64,000 bases of DNA from the human T2T-CHM13v2.0 reference genome, Homo sapiens. Both the position numbers and the translations under genes were made by a program. Positions 1 to 14,787 of this stretch are shown here, one piece after another; the first letter of the stretch is position 1, and every line of letters starts with the position of its first letter. The stretch is taken from assembly GCF_009914755.1 (NCBI RefSeq), contig NC_060927.1; one strand, given 5' to 3'. Below the pieces are notes generated by a model that was given only the letters and a program-made list of their open reading frames with translations, made no database searches and was not told the DNA's origin.

Positions 1-2194
1 AAAACGATCTTTCTTTTTCAATATAATGCCAGATGCAAAAGTGATCTTCCTGCCTGACCTGAGAGGGGCTGTGGATTTATCAGGGCACTGCCCTGTACCC
101 AGAGCAAGGCCTTTGTCTGCCAGGGGCCCAGAGGTGAGTGCCCAGAGAAAGGCCAGCCAGGGAAGACGCAGGGAGGGGAGGGGCGGGGAGCTGGTTAAAG
201 GGTCTCATCCACCCTCCAGAACTACTGTATCCCCACACGCATCTCACAGGCGGGGAAACAGGGGCTCAGGGAGGCTGCCTGTTATACAAACAGCCAATGC
301 CTCAGCAGCACCTACTGCAGCTGGGGGAAGCTTACAGGCATTGTCTCATGGAAGCTTCAGAACGTCTCTAAGAGTCACGTCCACGGTAGGAAGGGGCTGA
401 GCCCAGTTTTGAACTCAGGTCAGCCTGATTTCTGAGCCTGTGTGCTTCCCACTTCATCACGTTATCCCCCTAAGCCCCCACGCTGAGACTCAGAGGACAA
501 GGAGGGGGTGCCACAGCCATGCACCCTGCTGGATGCCAAGCCAACAGAACCCAGTGATGACCTGCCAAGAAGCCCGCCCAGCTGGCATGGCTCCCCCCCA
601 ACTCTACAGGCGAGGAAACAAGCCCAGAGAGGTTTAGCAACTTGCCCGAGGGCTGCACATCTCACAACCTACCGTTGTGGGCTCTAAACCCTGGGGTGCC
701 CAGCTCCCAAGCTGTTCTGTCCAGGATACAGCCTGCAGCCAGGATCGTCCCTCTCAGAGTCCTCGGGCCAAAGTTCCAGAGACCCTTCTCCCCGGCTCCT
801 TGACTGCGGTCGCCAAACCCCTGGGCAGAGGGCCAGGGCTGGCAGGCGCACAGCTGCTCCACACACACCTCTCGCTTTTCCAGATGTGAATGGGACCCAG
901 CCAGGGGCAACAGGCTCACTCGGAGGGGAATCTGAAGACGCAAGTGGAAAACTATGCGCTGTCCGATCGCAACCCTCCAATCTGTCCCTGTGGCCGCCGG
1001 CAGCTCCGCCTTGGGCCACAGACCTGCTGACTCAGGGCTTCCCTGGCAGCCGAGGGGGCTGGGATCCGCAGAGGGCCTGCTCCTGGCTGGCTGGCTGGTT
1101 GGGGCGTGGCCTTAGTCCTTTCAGGGGCTCTCAACAGAATGGGGTAGGGGTCGGGAGGGCAGAGTGCTTCTCTTGGAGCCCAAGGCCCATCCTCCCCAGT
1201 TAACCACAGGGGCGCCTGGCAGTTATGGGTGCTAAGAGTGGGTTTGGGACAAACCCAGTGCCAATTATGGTGCCCACACCCACCCCACCACTCTCCTCTC
1301 ATTGGTGGTGAGGAGGCCACCCGCCAGTGCTCGTGACACCCCTGTGAAGCTACCTGTCTATCACCACTTGACAGCCACAAAGCCTCCCGTAAGGCCCCGC
1401 CCCACAGCCCCGTCAGGTGGCCGTGCCATTCAATGAGGAGACTGAGGCACAGAGAGGCCAGTCTGCCAGGCTCTGTGAGGCGGTGCTGCTTCTCCTACAG
1501 ACCATGTGGGCAAACGGCAGCCAAGAGGGAGCGAGCGAATCACCCTTGGACAGGGCACAGCGGGCCTCCCAGTGCCGAGCCCTCTGCATTCTGTCAACAA
1601 GCCCTGAGGTTTCCAAAGTGCCAATACCTGGAAACCTTGGGACAGAAGGGGACTCAGGAAAATCCAGCTGTGGTCACAAGGAAAAGCACACGGAGAGCTC
1701 ACCAAAGTCCAGGACTCACCCGCTGCCTGGCCCAGCTCCCAAGTCACCCACCCAGGAGGTCTATCCCGGGGTCTGGGGCAGGGGCAGGGGCAGGGGCAGG
1801 CAGCCGCTGACTCACTCCAGGGCTGAGCTCTGCCTCTCTCCTTTCCCACAGCCAGCCGGCATCCTCATCCCAAGAGAACACTTTAGCCCTCACTGTCTGC
1901 CCTGCTCCCTCAAACCTGCCCAGGCCCAAGACCCGCCATTGAGGCTGAGGCCCAGGGCCCCAGGCACTCTCACCCAGCAGCAGAGACAACTATGGCCACT
2001 GTAATTATGGTTTCTTATTACAGTGAGAGTAAACTGTGTGGCTGGGTTTCCCCTTTCCCTTTGGCTGCCAGGAAACTTGGCAATTTTTACCCCAACAGAA
2101 GAACCTCAGGACCCTGTATATCTCTGTTCTGTTCTATTTTTCTACCCTAGCTCATGACATCCTATTCTAAATTGTGCTTTTTCCACTCCTGATT

Positions 2195-2356
2195 CTTTTT
2201 TTTAGAGATGAGGTCTTACTGTGTTGCTCAGGCTGGAGTGCAGTGGCTATTCACAGGCATGATCATCACACACTACCCTTGAACTGGGCTCAAGCATTCC
2301 TCCTGCCTCAGCCTTCCGAGTAGCTGGGACTAGAGACATGCACCACCATGCCTGGC
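2195..2356 (-). mobile_element. FAM/Alu monomer
   Basis: T-tail, gagatgaggtcttact..ggctggagtgcagtggctattcacaggc (7SL/FAM-type core)..caccaccatgcctggc. Confidence 0.85.
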
Positions 2357-2420
2357 TTCTGATGTTTTTTATTAACTATTTTGTTGCAGGTATTTTCTGT
2401 AAGCTGTCACAAGTATTTTG

Positions 2421-2495
2421 GGAAGGAAGGAAGAAAGGAAAGAAACAAGGAAAGAAGGAGAAATAGAAGGAAGGCAAAAAGGAAGGAAGGAAGGA
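2421..2495. repeat. (GAAG)n purine-rich tract
   Basis: ggaaggaaggaagaaagg... read directly. Confidence 0.85.
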
Positions 2496-2564
2496 ATGCT
2501 TATAAAGTTTATACACCAGAGAGTGAGGGCAGAAAGAAAGAGGGACAATCTTTCAATCCCTTAC

Positions 2565-2665
2565 CTGTTGCAAATCCACCCCTTTAAATAAAATAATATG
2601 CCCTTAGGCGGCATCCAAGTACAAACACATCTTCCAAATAGGTGGCTGCCCCTAAGCCCTTCCAT
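2565..2665 (-). CDS. IQSEC1: Candidate IQSEC1 alternative first coding exon MEGLRGSHLFGRCVCTWMPPKGILFYLKGWICN(S)
   Basis: ATG at 2665 (in-frame TAA upstream; second in-frame ATG at 2614), 101 nt open to a strong phase-2 donor CAG|GTAAGG. Non-repeat sequence; composition resembles the recognised first exons. Not recognised from memory. Confidence 0.5.
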
Positions 2666-3556
2666 ATACAAATTCGGGCCCCGTGTAGTTCCCCTTTACA
2701 GATGGGGAGACCCCAGCCTTGCCTGAGATCACAAGGGACCTGGCTTCCTGCGCCCTGGTCTCCCTCCTTCTGGCAGCTGCAGAGGCCGCAGCGATCACAG
2801 ATGGTGTCCCCTCCCCAGGGGGCCAAGGAGCTCTGCTCCACCCTTTCATTCTCACCATGCAGGCGCCATTCCAGATACCCCCACCACCCCCCACAGCTGT
2901 CCAGCTGGGGAGAAAGCTCAACGGCAAGGGTCATCGTATCCAACACTGACTGAATGCTGGCACCGCGCCGGGCCCTGATCTTAGTGTGTATTACCTCACT
3001 GAATCCTCAAAACAATCCTAAAAGGATCTGCAGATGGGAAACTTTGGCTAGAGGTGAAGCCGCTTCACACCACTAACAATGCCAAAGCCAGCATTAAACC
3101 TGGGCAGCCTGGTGTCTGAGTCCGGGCTGAGCCCTCAGCCACTCAGTGACTGACGTTTACGGTCACACGAAGGAATCACTACACCAAGCGCTGAAGGGAC
3201 GCGTGTGAGCCCCATTTCGCTGGTGGGTAACAGGCTCAGAGATGCTGTGGGGCAGGGCCAGGGTCACACAGCTGTGCCCTGTGCCAGCATGTTATGTAAC
3301 ACATGCTGCACCTGCCCCTGGCGTTCCTTTCCTGAACGTGTGCTCTGGATCCCAGCCGAACGTGTGCTCTGGATCCCAGCCAATCGCAGCACACCCCCTG
3401 GTCATTGTTCCACTCTCCTCCTCCCGCTCCACCAGAGACTGAAAGTTGCTCCAGCTCCCTCCATCCCAGCTCCTTCCTGGACCCTGTACAGCCATGCAAA
3501 CCATCCGGCCCAACAGTCGACAGCCAGGCAGAGCAGCCATGCACGCGTCCCGGTAC

Positions 3557-3624
3557 CTGAGTGTCCTCACAGAGATGCAGTACTTCCACATAAGGCTCCA
3601 CACGGCACTGCCATCCCCCTTCAT
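3557..3624 (-). CDS. IQSEC1: IQSEC1 alternative first coding exon MKGDGSAVWSLMWKYCISVRTL(S)
   Basis: ggcATG AAG GGG GAT GGC AGT ... AGG ACA CTC AG|GTACCG: 68 nt, phase 2. Near-identical to the recalled mouse Iqsec1 N-terminus MKGDGGAVWGLMWKYCISVRTLSVEGEAP. Confidence 0.87.
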
Positions 3625-3879
3625 GCCTGGCTCGGTGGAGGAGCGAGTGGCCAAGGGGCCCACCACCACTGCCCCACCACCCAGAGTCTCCTCCTGGCCA
3701 GGGAACGGCTCTCTTCACGGATTTTCAGGTCCCTTCCTTCTTCATGGTAGGAAGAAGAAAGAAAAGCCCCCAAAGTTAGGGAAAAGAGGAGGCACTGGCT
3801 GCCACAGGCCACTGCAGGGCTGAGCCACAGGCCCCACTATCCACCGGCCAGCCTCTGTGCCCTGGTCCTGTCTAGCTGC

Positions 3880-4250
3880 TCCAGACCCTCCTGGCCAAGC
3901 GGCCCTCACACACTAGACCCTGTGGCTTCTGCACAACCTTGCGCCTGCCTCCTGCCAGGAGACAGCAGTGGCTGCAGGCCAGGGGAGCAGTGAGTCACTC
4001 AGGGCGGGATGGGTGAGGGGCGTCCGCCGGTGAGGAAAAGCTCAGCTGCCGGAGCCCAGGGGCTGGCCCTGCGTCCAGAGGCTGGCCTGGGATGGGAGAG
4101 GCGAGCTCAGAGAGAGGGAGGCGGGCGGGGAGGCGAGGGCGGGCCCACATCCTCCCCATTTCCCCAGAGGCTTAAACCCAACTCCCGCCCCGCAGCCCAA
4201 AGCCTGCAGCCCGGCCCACCGACCAGCTGGCCAAGATGAGGGTGGAGGAA
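3880..4250 (-). promoter_or_regulatory. IQSEC1: Probable promoter of the MKGDG exon
   Basis: AP-1 site TGAGTCA 3991-3997, several GGGCGG boxes and local CpG enrichment 0.3-0.6 kb upstream of ATG 3624. Confidence 0.55.
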
Positions 4251-5759
4251 GGGGCTGCTCTGCCACCTCACTCCTAGAGAAAGCCTGGGGTTGACACAAA
4301 GCAAAATAAAGACAAAATCAGGGCTGCTCCTCTGGACAGTGGTTGGCCCTCCGAGGGTCTCCAGCTGGTGAGTGAGACGGTTTCCAGCTCTGGCTGGGCC
4401 ACTTCTTTGCTGTTTGATGCTGGGCGTGGTCAGCCCCCTCCGGCCTTAGTTTCACCTCAGGCTACTGTGGGCTTGTGGAGCTCTGGGAATTGGCCTAAGC
4501 CCTCCTCAGGCCAAGAACTAACTCATCCAGTTCTCCCAATGCCCTTAGAAAGTGGATTTTATGATTAGTGTTGGTTTACATGAGACACAGATAGAGGAAG
4601 TCACTTACCCTAGGTCACAGACCTAGGAATTGGTGGAGGTGGGATTTGAACCTTGGCAGTCTGGCTCTAAGAGCCCACGCTGGAGTCAGGGTGTAAGCTG
4701 GCTCCTCTCTGTAGGGATGGAGTGGGGTGGGATGAAGGGCTGGAGCCTCTGAGCAGCTGAAGGCCTTGGGGTCTGGGCCCAGGCTGGGTCTGGGGCATTT
4801 CCAGACTGAGGCCCCAGCTTGAGCCCCCACCCTGGTCTCCACCAGCTGCTCCCAGGCCCAGCCCAGGCCAGGCAGCTGGGGCTTCCCAGGCAGGGCCCCC
4901 AGGGATAATGACTCACGGATCAAGGTCAACACTCACAGATCTACTTTTCCCCACCTACAGCCCCCAGGAAGTCCCCCAGAAGGGCAGGTGCACCCAGCAC
5001 CTGGCACCCAGCAGGGCCCTGGGCATCATGTATAGTGGGCAGCAGAGCTTCCATTTCACCGGGGGAAACTGAGGCTCAGAGAGGGCCATCACCTGTCTGC
5101 AGAAACAGGGAGGGTGGGGCCAGGGCTCCAAAGCCTTGCTCTGTCCCCAGGCCCCACCCCCGGCCTGTGCAGAATGGGAAATCTGTCTCAGATTCCAGCC
5201 TGATTCCCACATCAAGGATTAGCAGCTGCAGGCTTCTCCATCCCCTGAGCCAGGAAAGAACTTTTAATCCAAAAACAAGATAGGTTTCTACAAAGGCTGT
5301 GGCCTCCCTGGGGGACTCGGAAACCCAAATTCTTCTCCCTGTCATCAGAGGAGGCTTCACAAGCCACCACAGCAGACCTCCACCTGCCACAGGGGCTCCT
5401 CCACAGCATGCAGCGGGAGTGGCTGCCCAGCCTCTTCTTGAACACCCCCAATGATGTGAAGCTCACTACCTTTCAAGGTTCCCCATTCCTTGTTTTTTCT
5501 TTAAGCTTCCCCATTCCATCATGGAACCCCACTGACCTAAGGAAACTCTCCCTTGGACATTACTTCCCTGTCACTTTTCATACTGGCCTCGGTTCCTTGT
5601 GCCACACAGACTAAGGCCTCCATTCAAATGTTTATCTGGCCTGTCCTCCTAGTAGGGGAAGTTTTCACAATGTCTTTTGTGGGTGGAAGTAGCCTCTGCT
5701 TACCCGCTTTATCTCTACCCACTGATTCATATATTCACACATCCACACACCTTCCTCTC

Positions 5760-6285
5760 CAATGAATCATCCATGGATTCATTAATCCATTCACATATCC
5801 ATCTATCATCTTCCTTCCTATCATCCATTCATTTATCCCCTCATCCACCCATCCATCCATCTGTTCCCTCACCCGCACATCCACCCATCCATCACTCCAT
5901 CCATCCATCCATCCATCCATCCATCCATCCATCCACCCATTTATCCACCCACCCATCCACTCATCCACCCATCTGTCCATCCATCCACCCATCCATCCAT
6001 CTGTCCATCCATTCACCCATCCACATATCATACGTTGTCTGCATATCATTGTAAATTTGAATTCATTGCAAATGAGCCTTAATTCATCCATCCATCCACC
6101 CATCCACCCACCCATCCATCCATCCACCCATCTGTCCATCATCCATCCACCCATCCGTCCATCATCCATCCACCCATCCGTCCATCCATCCACCCATCTA
6201 TCCATCCATCTACCCCATCTGTCCATCCACCCACCCATCCACCCATCTGTCCATCCATTTGTCCATCCACCCATCCATCCACTCA
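5760..6285. repeat. (CCAT)n/(TCCA)n degenerate tetranucleotide array
   Basis: Long run of catccatccacccatcc variants. Confidence 0.97.
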
Positions 6286-9200
6286 TCGGGGACATGTCAC
6301 ACTCTATCTGTCTTTGCCATCCTCGGGGGCTCATCCTTGAGAACAGGGCACTCCTTACTCATCTTTGACTCCTTTGTCCCTACACAAGCTACTTCCTCTT
6401 GCAGAGCCTCAGTTTGTCCCTTTGCAAAACAGGAATAAAAAATCTCTGCCCTCCAGGCTGTGATGAGGAATGAGTGATACCACAACTGTGTGACCCTGGG
6501 TATAAGACTTAACCTCTCAACATCACTGTCTGCAGGACAGCATGGCCAGTCCTTGAAGTGAGAGTTCATAATGGTTTCTGAAACAGAGAGTGCACTCAGT
6601 AAATACCAGCTGTCACCTAAAAAGCCCCTGGCACTGCCGGGCACGTGTTAGGTGCTCAGTGCTAGTTGCCCTGTAGGACACAGGGAGCCCCAGAAAGAGT
6701 GGGGGAAGCGAGGGCAGGTCTGCGTGGAAGCCTTCACCCCCTCAGCCATTCCATCTCCCCAGCCACAAGGCCAAAGCCGGGCTCTGCAGAGAACTGGCTC
6801 GCCCTCCAACCTCAGTCCAGTGACTCACACAGCCCGCTGGGGATGAAGTCACTGCCGCCCAGGCAAAGGGAAGGACACATTTGTTCCCTGGGAGATGCTG
6901 ATGCCATTGTGAACTTGGCCTTTGAGGGCAGGGCACAGCTCAGGGACTGTGTGCACTTGAGGAAGGCAGCAGGCACAGTGGAGGGACAGTGTTGAAGGGG
7001 ACCCTGCTTGGGGAAATGAGGACTGGAAGGGGTGCCCCCTACTCTGGAAACTGAGTGAGGGTCAATGAGCCTCTGTCTGGCCTCTAGGCCTTGCTGAATG
7101 TGTGCCCTCTCCTCGCCTGTTGAGATGTGTCTGCCTGTGGTCTTAGGGCCTTGAGACCCTCTAATTTCTGCCTCTGGCTTAAGGGGCAAGCCACTGTTCC
7201 ACATCTCTCATCCACAAAATGGGCACACTATACTCGACTCCCGCCTGGGGAACTGCAGGTGACAGTATGAGACCTCTCCTTACTCACTGGGGGTCCGTGC
7301 AGCCTCTCCTATTCCACCCACTCTCCCATGCTGACCGTCACCCACAGGAGACCAGGGTGGGGTGGGCAAGGCCCTTTGCCATCTTCTCTCTGCATTGAGC
7401 TTCCTGACACCCCCAAGTGGCCCCCACTCCATCACAACACCCCTGAGCCCTCCCAGATCTCCAGGCCTGTCCACCCTGGGCCAGGAATTCTGCACATATT
7501 GCCCAGTTATTCTCCACATGCCCCAGTCTGCTCTGGGCCCGGGACTGCAGCTCCCAGGCTCCCACTGCCTCCTGGTTCCTGACGGGGTGGCCAGCAGCGG
7601 CCCTGGCAGGAGGTCAGGAGGTGGAGGAGAGAATGATAGGTCAGGGTACTCGTTGCCTCAGCTCTGTCCTCGCTTCCTGTGCCCCTCGGCAGCCACAGTC
7701 CTGATGGGTGGCTGTTTGCACCCAGGTCTCTCTCTTTCTGGTTCATGAAACTGTTCTCTCCCCCAACCCTCTGGCCCAGGGCTGGTTAGGGTTCCCCCCT
7801 TCTGCCAGCCCAGGTGTCCAGTTCCCTTAACCCCATCCCACCCTGCACACAGCCCCATCACGGGCCACACTGCAAGGGAGCTTGTGTAGTGACCCATGTT
7901 TCCTACCAGGACCCAATGCTCAAGGCTCAAACTCAGACGACACCTCCTCTAGGAAGCCAATTTTCCATTGGCTTGTTCCTTCACCCAGTCAACATTCATT
8001 AATTGGCTTACTCTGTGCCAGATATCACTTGAGGATTTGGTGAACAAAACTGTGGAGCCTGGTGGGGCTGGCCTTCCTTCTGTACCAAGGGAGCAAATGA
8101 AAACGATTTCCCACAGTGGGCTGTGCCATGAAGAAGGCGTATAAACTAGATCATTTCTCTGGATGATACACTTCCCTTCTCCAGGAGTCCATCCTTTTTT
8201 GCCCTGCATCCTCTCCGTTCCCTGAGCCTGGACTGCAGCCATTTCTTCCCTGCACTTGGATGACCTGTCTCTGCATCCCTCCCTCACTGCTCTGAGAGCT
8301 CACATGAGCAGGTGAGGAGATCTATGTAGCTTAGTTCTTTGCACAATCACCCTATGAAGTAGCAGTTATTATCTCCCCAGCTTTTTTTTTTTTTTACCAA
8401 TTAATAAACTGAGGTTCAGATGCTGAGGTTAGTTACTCAGGATGATATATAAACCCAGCTCTGCCTATCTGACTCTAAAGCTAAAGCTCTGGAGGCTGAA
8501 AACAAAATAAATCACTTGTCATTTATATCTGCAGTCTTCCAATGGTGCCCAGAGCCATGCAAGGCGCAGGAAGGCACATACACCGAGTTGGCCGAACTTC
8601 AAAACCCTGGATCCCCCTTCTCAAGAAGCATTGGCCTTTTGAGGATGGGTGCTGGAATGCCCGTTTTCCAAATGGAAAAATGAAAGTCCAGGGTGCTGAG
8701 AGCGTTGGGTCTTGGAGGACAGTAGTGGGCTCCCAGCCTCCCAGGCAGCTGGCATCCTGAGTTCCACCATCTTGTCTCGGGCCTAGGATGGCCACTAATA
8801 TCCAGTGCGCAGGCAGGGGCTGGGCACTCACTTCAGGGCAGGAGCTGGGAAAGAAGGCAGAGAAGAGCTTCCGCAAGTCCATCTTATGGAGCACAAAGGG
8901 CCAGCGTCCAAGTTGCCAGACTTGGCCTGCAGGGCCTCACTTTACTTGCTGTGCAGAAAAGAGACCGCAAGGGGGCAATGGCCAGGCAGGGGCCAGGGAG
9001 GAACTGTTGCTTGGACTGGGGTGGTGGACAGGAAGGTGAGGACAAGAGGTTGGATTCTAGAGACATTCTCAAAGTGGAACTGGTAGAAATGTCTGATCAA
9101 TAAGATGAGGAGGTGAGAGAGAAAAGAGGAGTGGAAGATGATGCCTGGGTTGCTGGCCTGAACAACTGGAAAAATGGAGGTTCCATCCACGGTGACAGGG

Positions 9201-11284
9201 ACACAGGGATGGCCAGTGGGAGCAGGTTTGGAGGGATGATGAGGCAAGGCAGAACGGGGGGACTCCGACTGGTCAAACAGAACAACTGTGGCTTGGCTCT
9301 GGCTGATGGCTGCTCTGTAGGAATAAGGGCTCTGATTTTTCAGATATCAGAAATCCAGGTTTTTACGTAACAGCTCTTGATTTTTATATGTTTGCAATAA
9401 ATTCAAATTTACAATGATATGTAGGTTAATCCTATGCAAGCCAAATAAAATACATCTGTGAGTGTCTAGCCCACAGGATACCTCTTGTATCCTCCGCTCC
9501 TTCTTGTCTTTCAAGGTCCACTTAGCTGCCTCCTCCCCCAGGAAGCTGCCCATGATTGCTTCAGCTCCAGAGACGCCTGTGGCCCCTCAAAGCCCCGCAG
9601 GGCTGATAATCCCAGACTGGAAGTGACAGGAGGACAAATAGGGGGTTTGCTTATCCATTTCTCACGCCTCAAGCATAGGGTTTGGCCCAGAGGGGGAGTT
9701 AATGAATGAATACCTGCCGAATGAATGAATGAACAAGTAGCTCACTTGATCCCTCTGCCCTTATTTTGCAAATAAAACTGAGTCCCAGATAAGGGACATG
9801 ACCTGCCAGGGTGGGATCTGGGGCCAGGGACTGCTCACCGTCTGGCCTCTGTTTGTCAGCTGTCCCCCGAGGCTGGGCCAGGCTAGGCCGGCAGGAAGTA
9901 TAAAGACAATTGCACAGTCTTATCGAGTTATGCCATGGGAGGGTAGAAACAGGATCCTGAGCAGCTCTTGAGCATCTGGGTAGAGGCTGTTTGGGGGATG
10001 TTTTTCCAAGAACTTGCTAAGGTGACCCCAACCGGGGTCAGGGCAGAGCCAGACCCTAGAACTGGGTGCCTCTGCAGGTGGCATGGTCATGGGACAGATG
10101 ACACCCCAGATGGCAGGACTCACATTAGCAATCAGTCAAAGTGACAGCCAGTCCCCATGGGTTGTCCCTTCTGAGGGTTCTGACACGTTTCCTTTCAGCC
10201 ATGGGGAGGGCAGATGGTACTGGGTTTGACCATCAGGGTTTGTGCTCAGATCTTCTATGCAAGGAAATCAGACAACATAGGCACCGGAGGCTCTGGCCTC
10301 ATTCTTCAGTGTTGGAGATGGAGAATGGAGTCTCAGAGGTGGAGGCGACTTGCCCTGAGGTCACACAGTAAGGAAGCCGCAGATCTGGGACTCCGGATCA
10401 GAAGTCCTGATTCTGAGACCTGCGCTGGCCAAGGGATCCTCACAAGCCGTTCCTCACACCTTCTGGCCTACCTCAGTTTCTTCATCCACAACATGGGGAG
10501 AAAAATAGGATCTATCTCCAGGGGTTGTGAAGATGAAACAAATGGAAGGAGCTAACGCTGTGTGACTGTACTGTGTAAAGCTATATAGAAGATCACGAAT
10601 ATATAGCAACTGCCCTTCTAAGCCTCTAGCCTTGAAAGTTTCTGGCTATGGCCGTCTTTAAAACTTCCAGGGTGACACAGCTCTCCATCAACACAACAAG
10701 AACGGTGATACCTAAGGGCTACTGAATGGTTCCTGTAGCCACTGCTCTATGTGTGACTAATTCATTTAATGCTTAGGCTCATCCCATGAGGTAGGTGCTG
10801 TTACTATCTGATCTATAGGATAAAGAAAGGAAGGCAGAGAGAGGTCCACAGACACGCCCAGGGTTAATACAGATAGAACATGGCAGGGTGGGGAATTGAA
10901 CTGAAGCAGCTTTGTTCTGAGACATGCTTCATAACCGCTACATAACACGGCTCTCCTCGGCTGGCTTGGAAGTCTTTCTCAATGTCTAACCTAAATCCTT
11001 TTTGTTGCAGGCTGTGCCTATTCACTACCCCCTTCCTTAGACAAAGAAGAAAGCTGCTCCCTTCAATCTCCATTTTGTTGTGCTGAGAGGCCTCAATTCT
11101 TTAGCCCCTGTATCCTGACTCCCTGGGTCTTGCCGTCCAGGTCAAGGGGGGCCAAACAGGAACCCTCCCCTTGTGCGTGAGCGTGAGTGTGTGTGCGCAC
11201 ATGCGGTGTGAGATGTGTGTGTGCGTGCATGCGTGCACGTGTCCACACAAATCCCCTTCAAAGAGGACTGGTGAGGACTGGTAA

Positions 11285-11940
<656 letters not shown>

Positions 11941-11989
11941 TAGTTATTTATTAAATATTTTCTTTTAAAATCAACTGGCTTAAAAAATT

Positions 11990-12295
11990 GGACCTGAGTC
12001 TAATCAAGCTTCCTGATCTAACTCCCAGTTAACAGGAACTACAGGTGACAGAGGAATAGCTTAAATGACATCATGAGGCAATCAGCCTAATCCTGAATGT
12101 GGGACATGCCACAGGCAAATGGCCCTGTTCCTTCAATGAGTACTGCAAGGATGAAAAAGGAAGGGGAGCCTCTAGGTAAAAGGATGCTTACGAGACACGT
12201 GCACTGTGTGGGTCTTGTTAGGGCCCTGATTTGAACAAACCAGCTGTAAAAAGACATTTTTGGAGACCCTTTGGGAGAGCTGAACATGAAAAACA
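11990..12295 (+). mobile_element. Old L1MC/ME 3' UTR fragment
   Basis: cctgagtctaatcaag..gaatgtgggacat..cctgatttgaacaaaccagctgtaaaaagacatttttg. Confidence 0.65.
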
Positions 12296-13954
12296 GCATG
12301 GAGTGGGTGGAAGAAACTCAAGCATGAGGCGCAAAGCTGTGCCACGCAGGCGTGGGATTCGCCTTACAACTCCGAGGTTCACCTTCACCAAGCAGCTATC
12401 TCCACTTCCACGCATGTTTCACACTTTCAACAATAAGAAGCTAAAAGCAATGCACAAAATAATACGTTGGTTGGATTTCAGCCCTGAATACATTTATTTT
12501 AAAAGGAAACTTTATATCACTCCTTTAAATGGAAAACTAGGATCATCTGCTGTAAGTAGAAGGTTACCATGAAAACAAGACAATGTTACCAAGTTTCACA
12601 CAGATACTGTTTCCTGCCAAAGATGCTGGGCTTAAAAACTGCCCCGTTTTTGTTACAAAGAAGCCCAGGGACAGAAGTGAACTCACTCTTACCTGGACCC
12701 ACCTTTCTGGGAGCACTGGCCTACAGGTAAGGGCCACACAGCACATTCTCTCTGCCACATACTTCTCCTCTATCAGGGAATGGTGGTGACAAGCCTGGGG
12801 GCAGGGACAGGTCCACCCCAGCTGGTAGACAAGGGCCCCTGCCTGCCCCTGCCTACAGCAGGGAGGGGCTCAGCTGGGGGACTCGGCCTCTGCAGAACCT
12901 TGGGGCTTTCTGCAACATGGAATCCAAAAGCTATAGGGCTGGGTACAGATGAGGAAACCGAGGTCCACAGTGGGGCAAGACAGTGTCCCAGGTCTCCCGG
13001 CAAGCCCATGGGGGATAATCAGAAAGGACAAGACTCCAGGTTTTCTGACCTTTAGAACGGTGATCATCTAACCTTTCCCTCGTTCACAGATATTGCTTGA
13101 GAACCTACTGTGTGCCAGGCACAGGGGGCAGAGGGGCAGGAGTGACCAAGACAGAGTCTCATGGAGCCGACATTTGCAGACAGGGGATGCAGGACAAAAA
13201 CGCTAAGCAAATTAATGAGATAATTTCCCAGGACGGTGAGGGCGACAAAGAAAACAAAACTGAGTGACTGTGAAAGGTGAGGAGAGGGCGGTGCTACACT
13301 AGACAAGGTGACAGGGAGGGCCTCTTTAAGGAGGAGACAATGGGGCTGACACCTGAAGGACTAAGAAGGCGGTGGAGGAGGTCTAGGGTAGAGAACTTCA
13401 TGAGCCCCTGCAGCCAGCCCTCAGCAACCTCTGGCTCTGTTTTTAAAACTTTAGATACTGAGTTAATTGCGGACCCACAGAAAAGTTGTGGGAAGAGCAC
13501 AAAGAACCCCTGTATAGCCTTCACCCAGGCTCCCCACTTGTTACCATTGTATCCCATTTGCTTCCTCATATTCTCCTTTCTCTACGCACACACACCTGTG
13601 CTCGCATACACACTTTCCCCCTGTAATTGTTTGAGAGTAAGGTGCCCACCTCAAGCCCCCTACTCCTTCAAAGTGTCTTTCCTAAAGACAAGAACGTTTT
13701 CTGGCATAATCACGGTTCCACTTTCAAAATGAGGGCACTGACACTGACTCGGTACTACTCTCCAATCCTCACAGCTCATCCAGAGCTGCCAACTGACCTC
13801 ATGCGGTCCTCTATGGAGACACAACCCCTGATTCCTGAGCCTTTCACACACACCCCGGCTGGCCCTGTGAAAGTGGACAGCGCAGGGCGGCACGGGGAAG
13901 GCTGTGCTGCCGTGACTTCCGCAGGCCGAACCTGCAGGATGCGGATGGGCCAGC

Positions 13955-14666
<712 letters not shown>

Positions 14667-14787
14667 ACCACCAAACACCAGGCACATAAGCTCTTCTGAG
14701 GGCACAGAATACTCGCCCAGACAGCGTCTCCTGACGAGCCCGAGGACAGGTCCTCGTACCCACTTCACAGATCAAGACAGAGAGGCC

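Noticed and set aside
5677-6368. HPSI/GWMD-repeat ORFs; YCAY cluster as a NOVA target
   Set aside because: Translations of the (CCAT)n microsatellite; the YCAY strand is antisense to IQSEC1.
12684-12760. Cluster of minus-strand donors with MWQRECAVW.. and MCCVALTC.. frames able to end in phase 2
   Set aside because: Several ATGs and donors make a phase match likely by chance; next to decayed repeat-like sequence, no promoter features.
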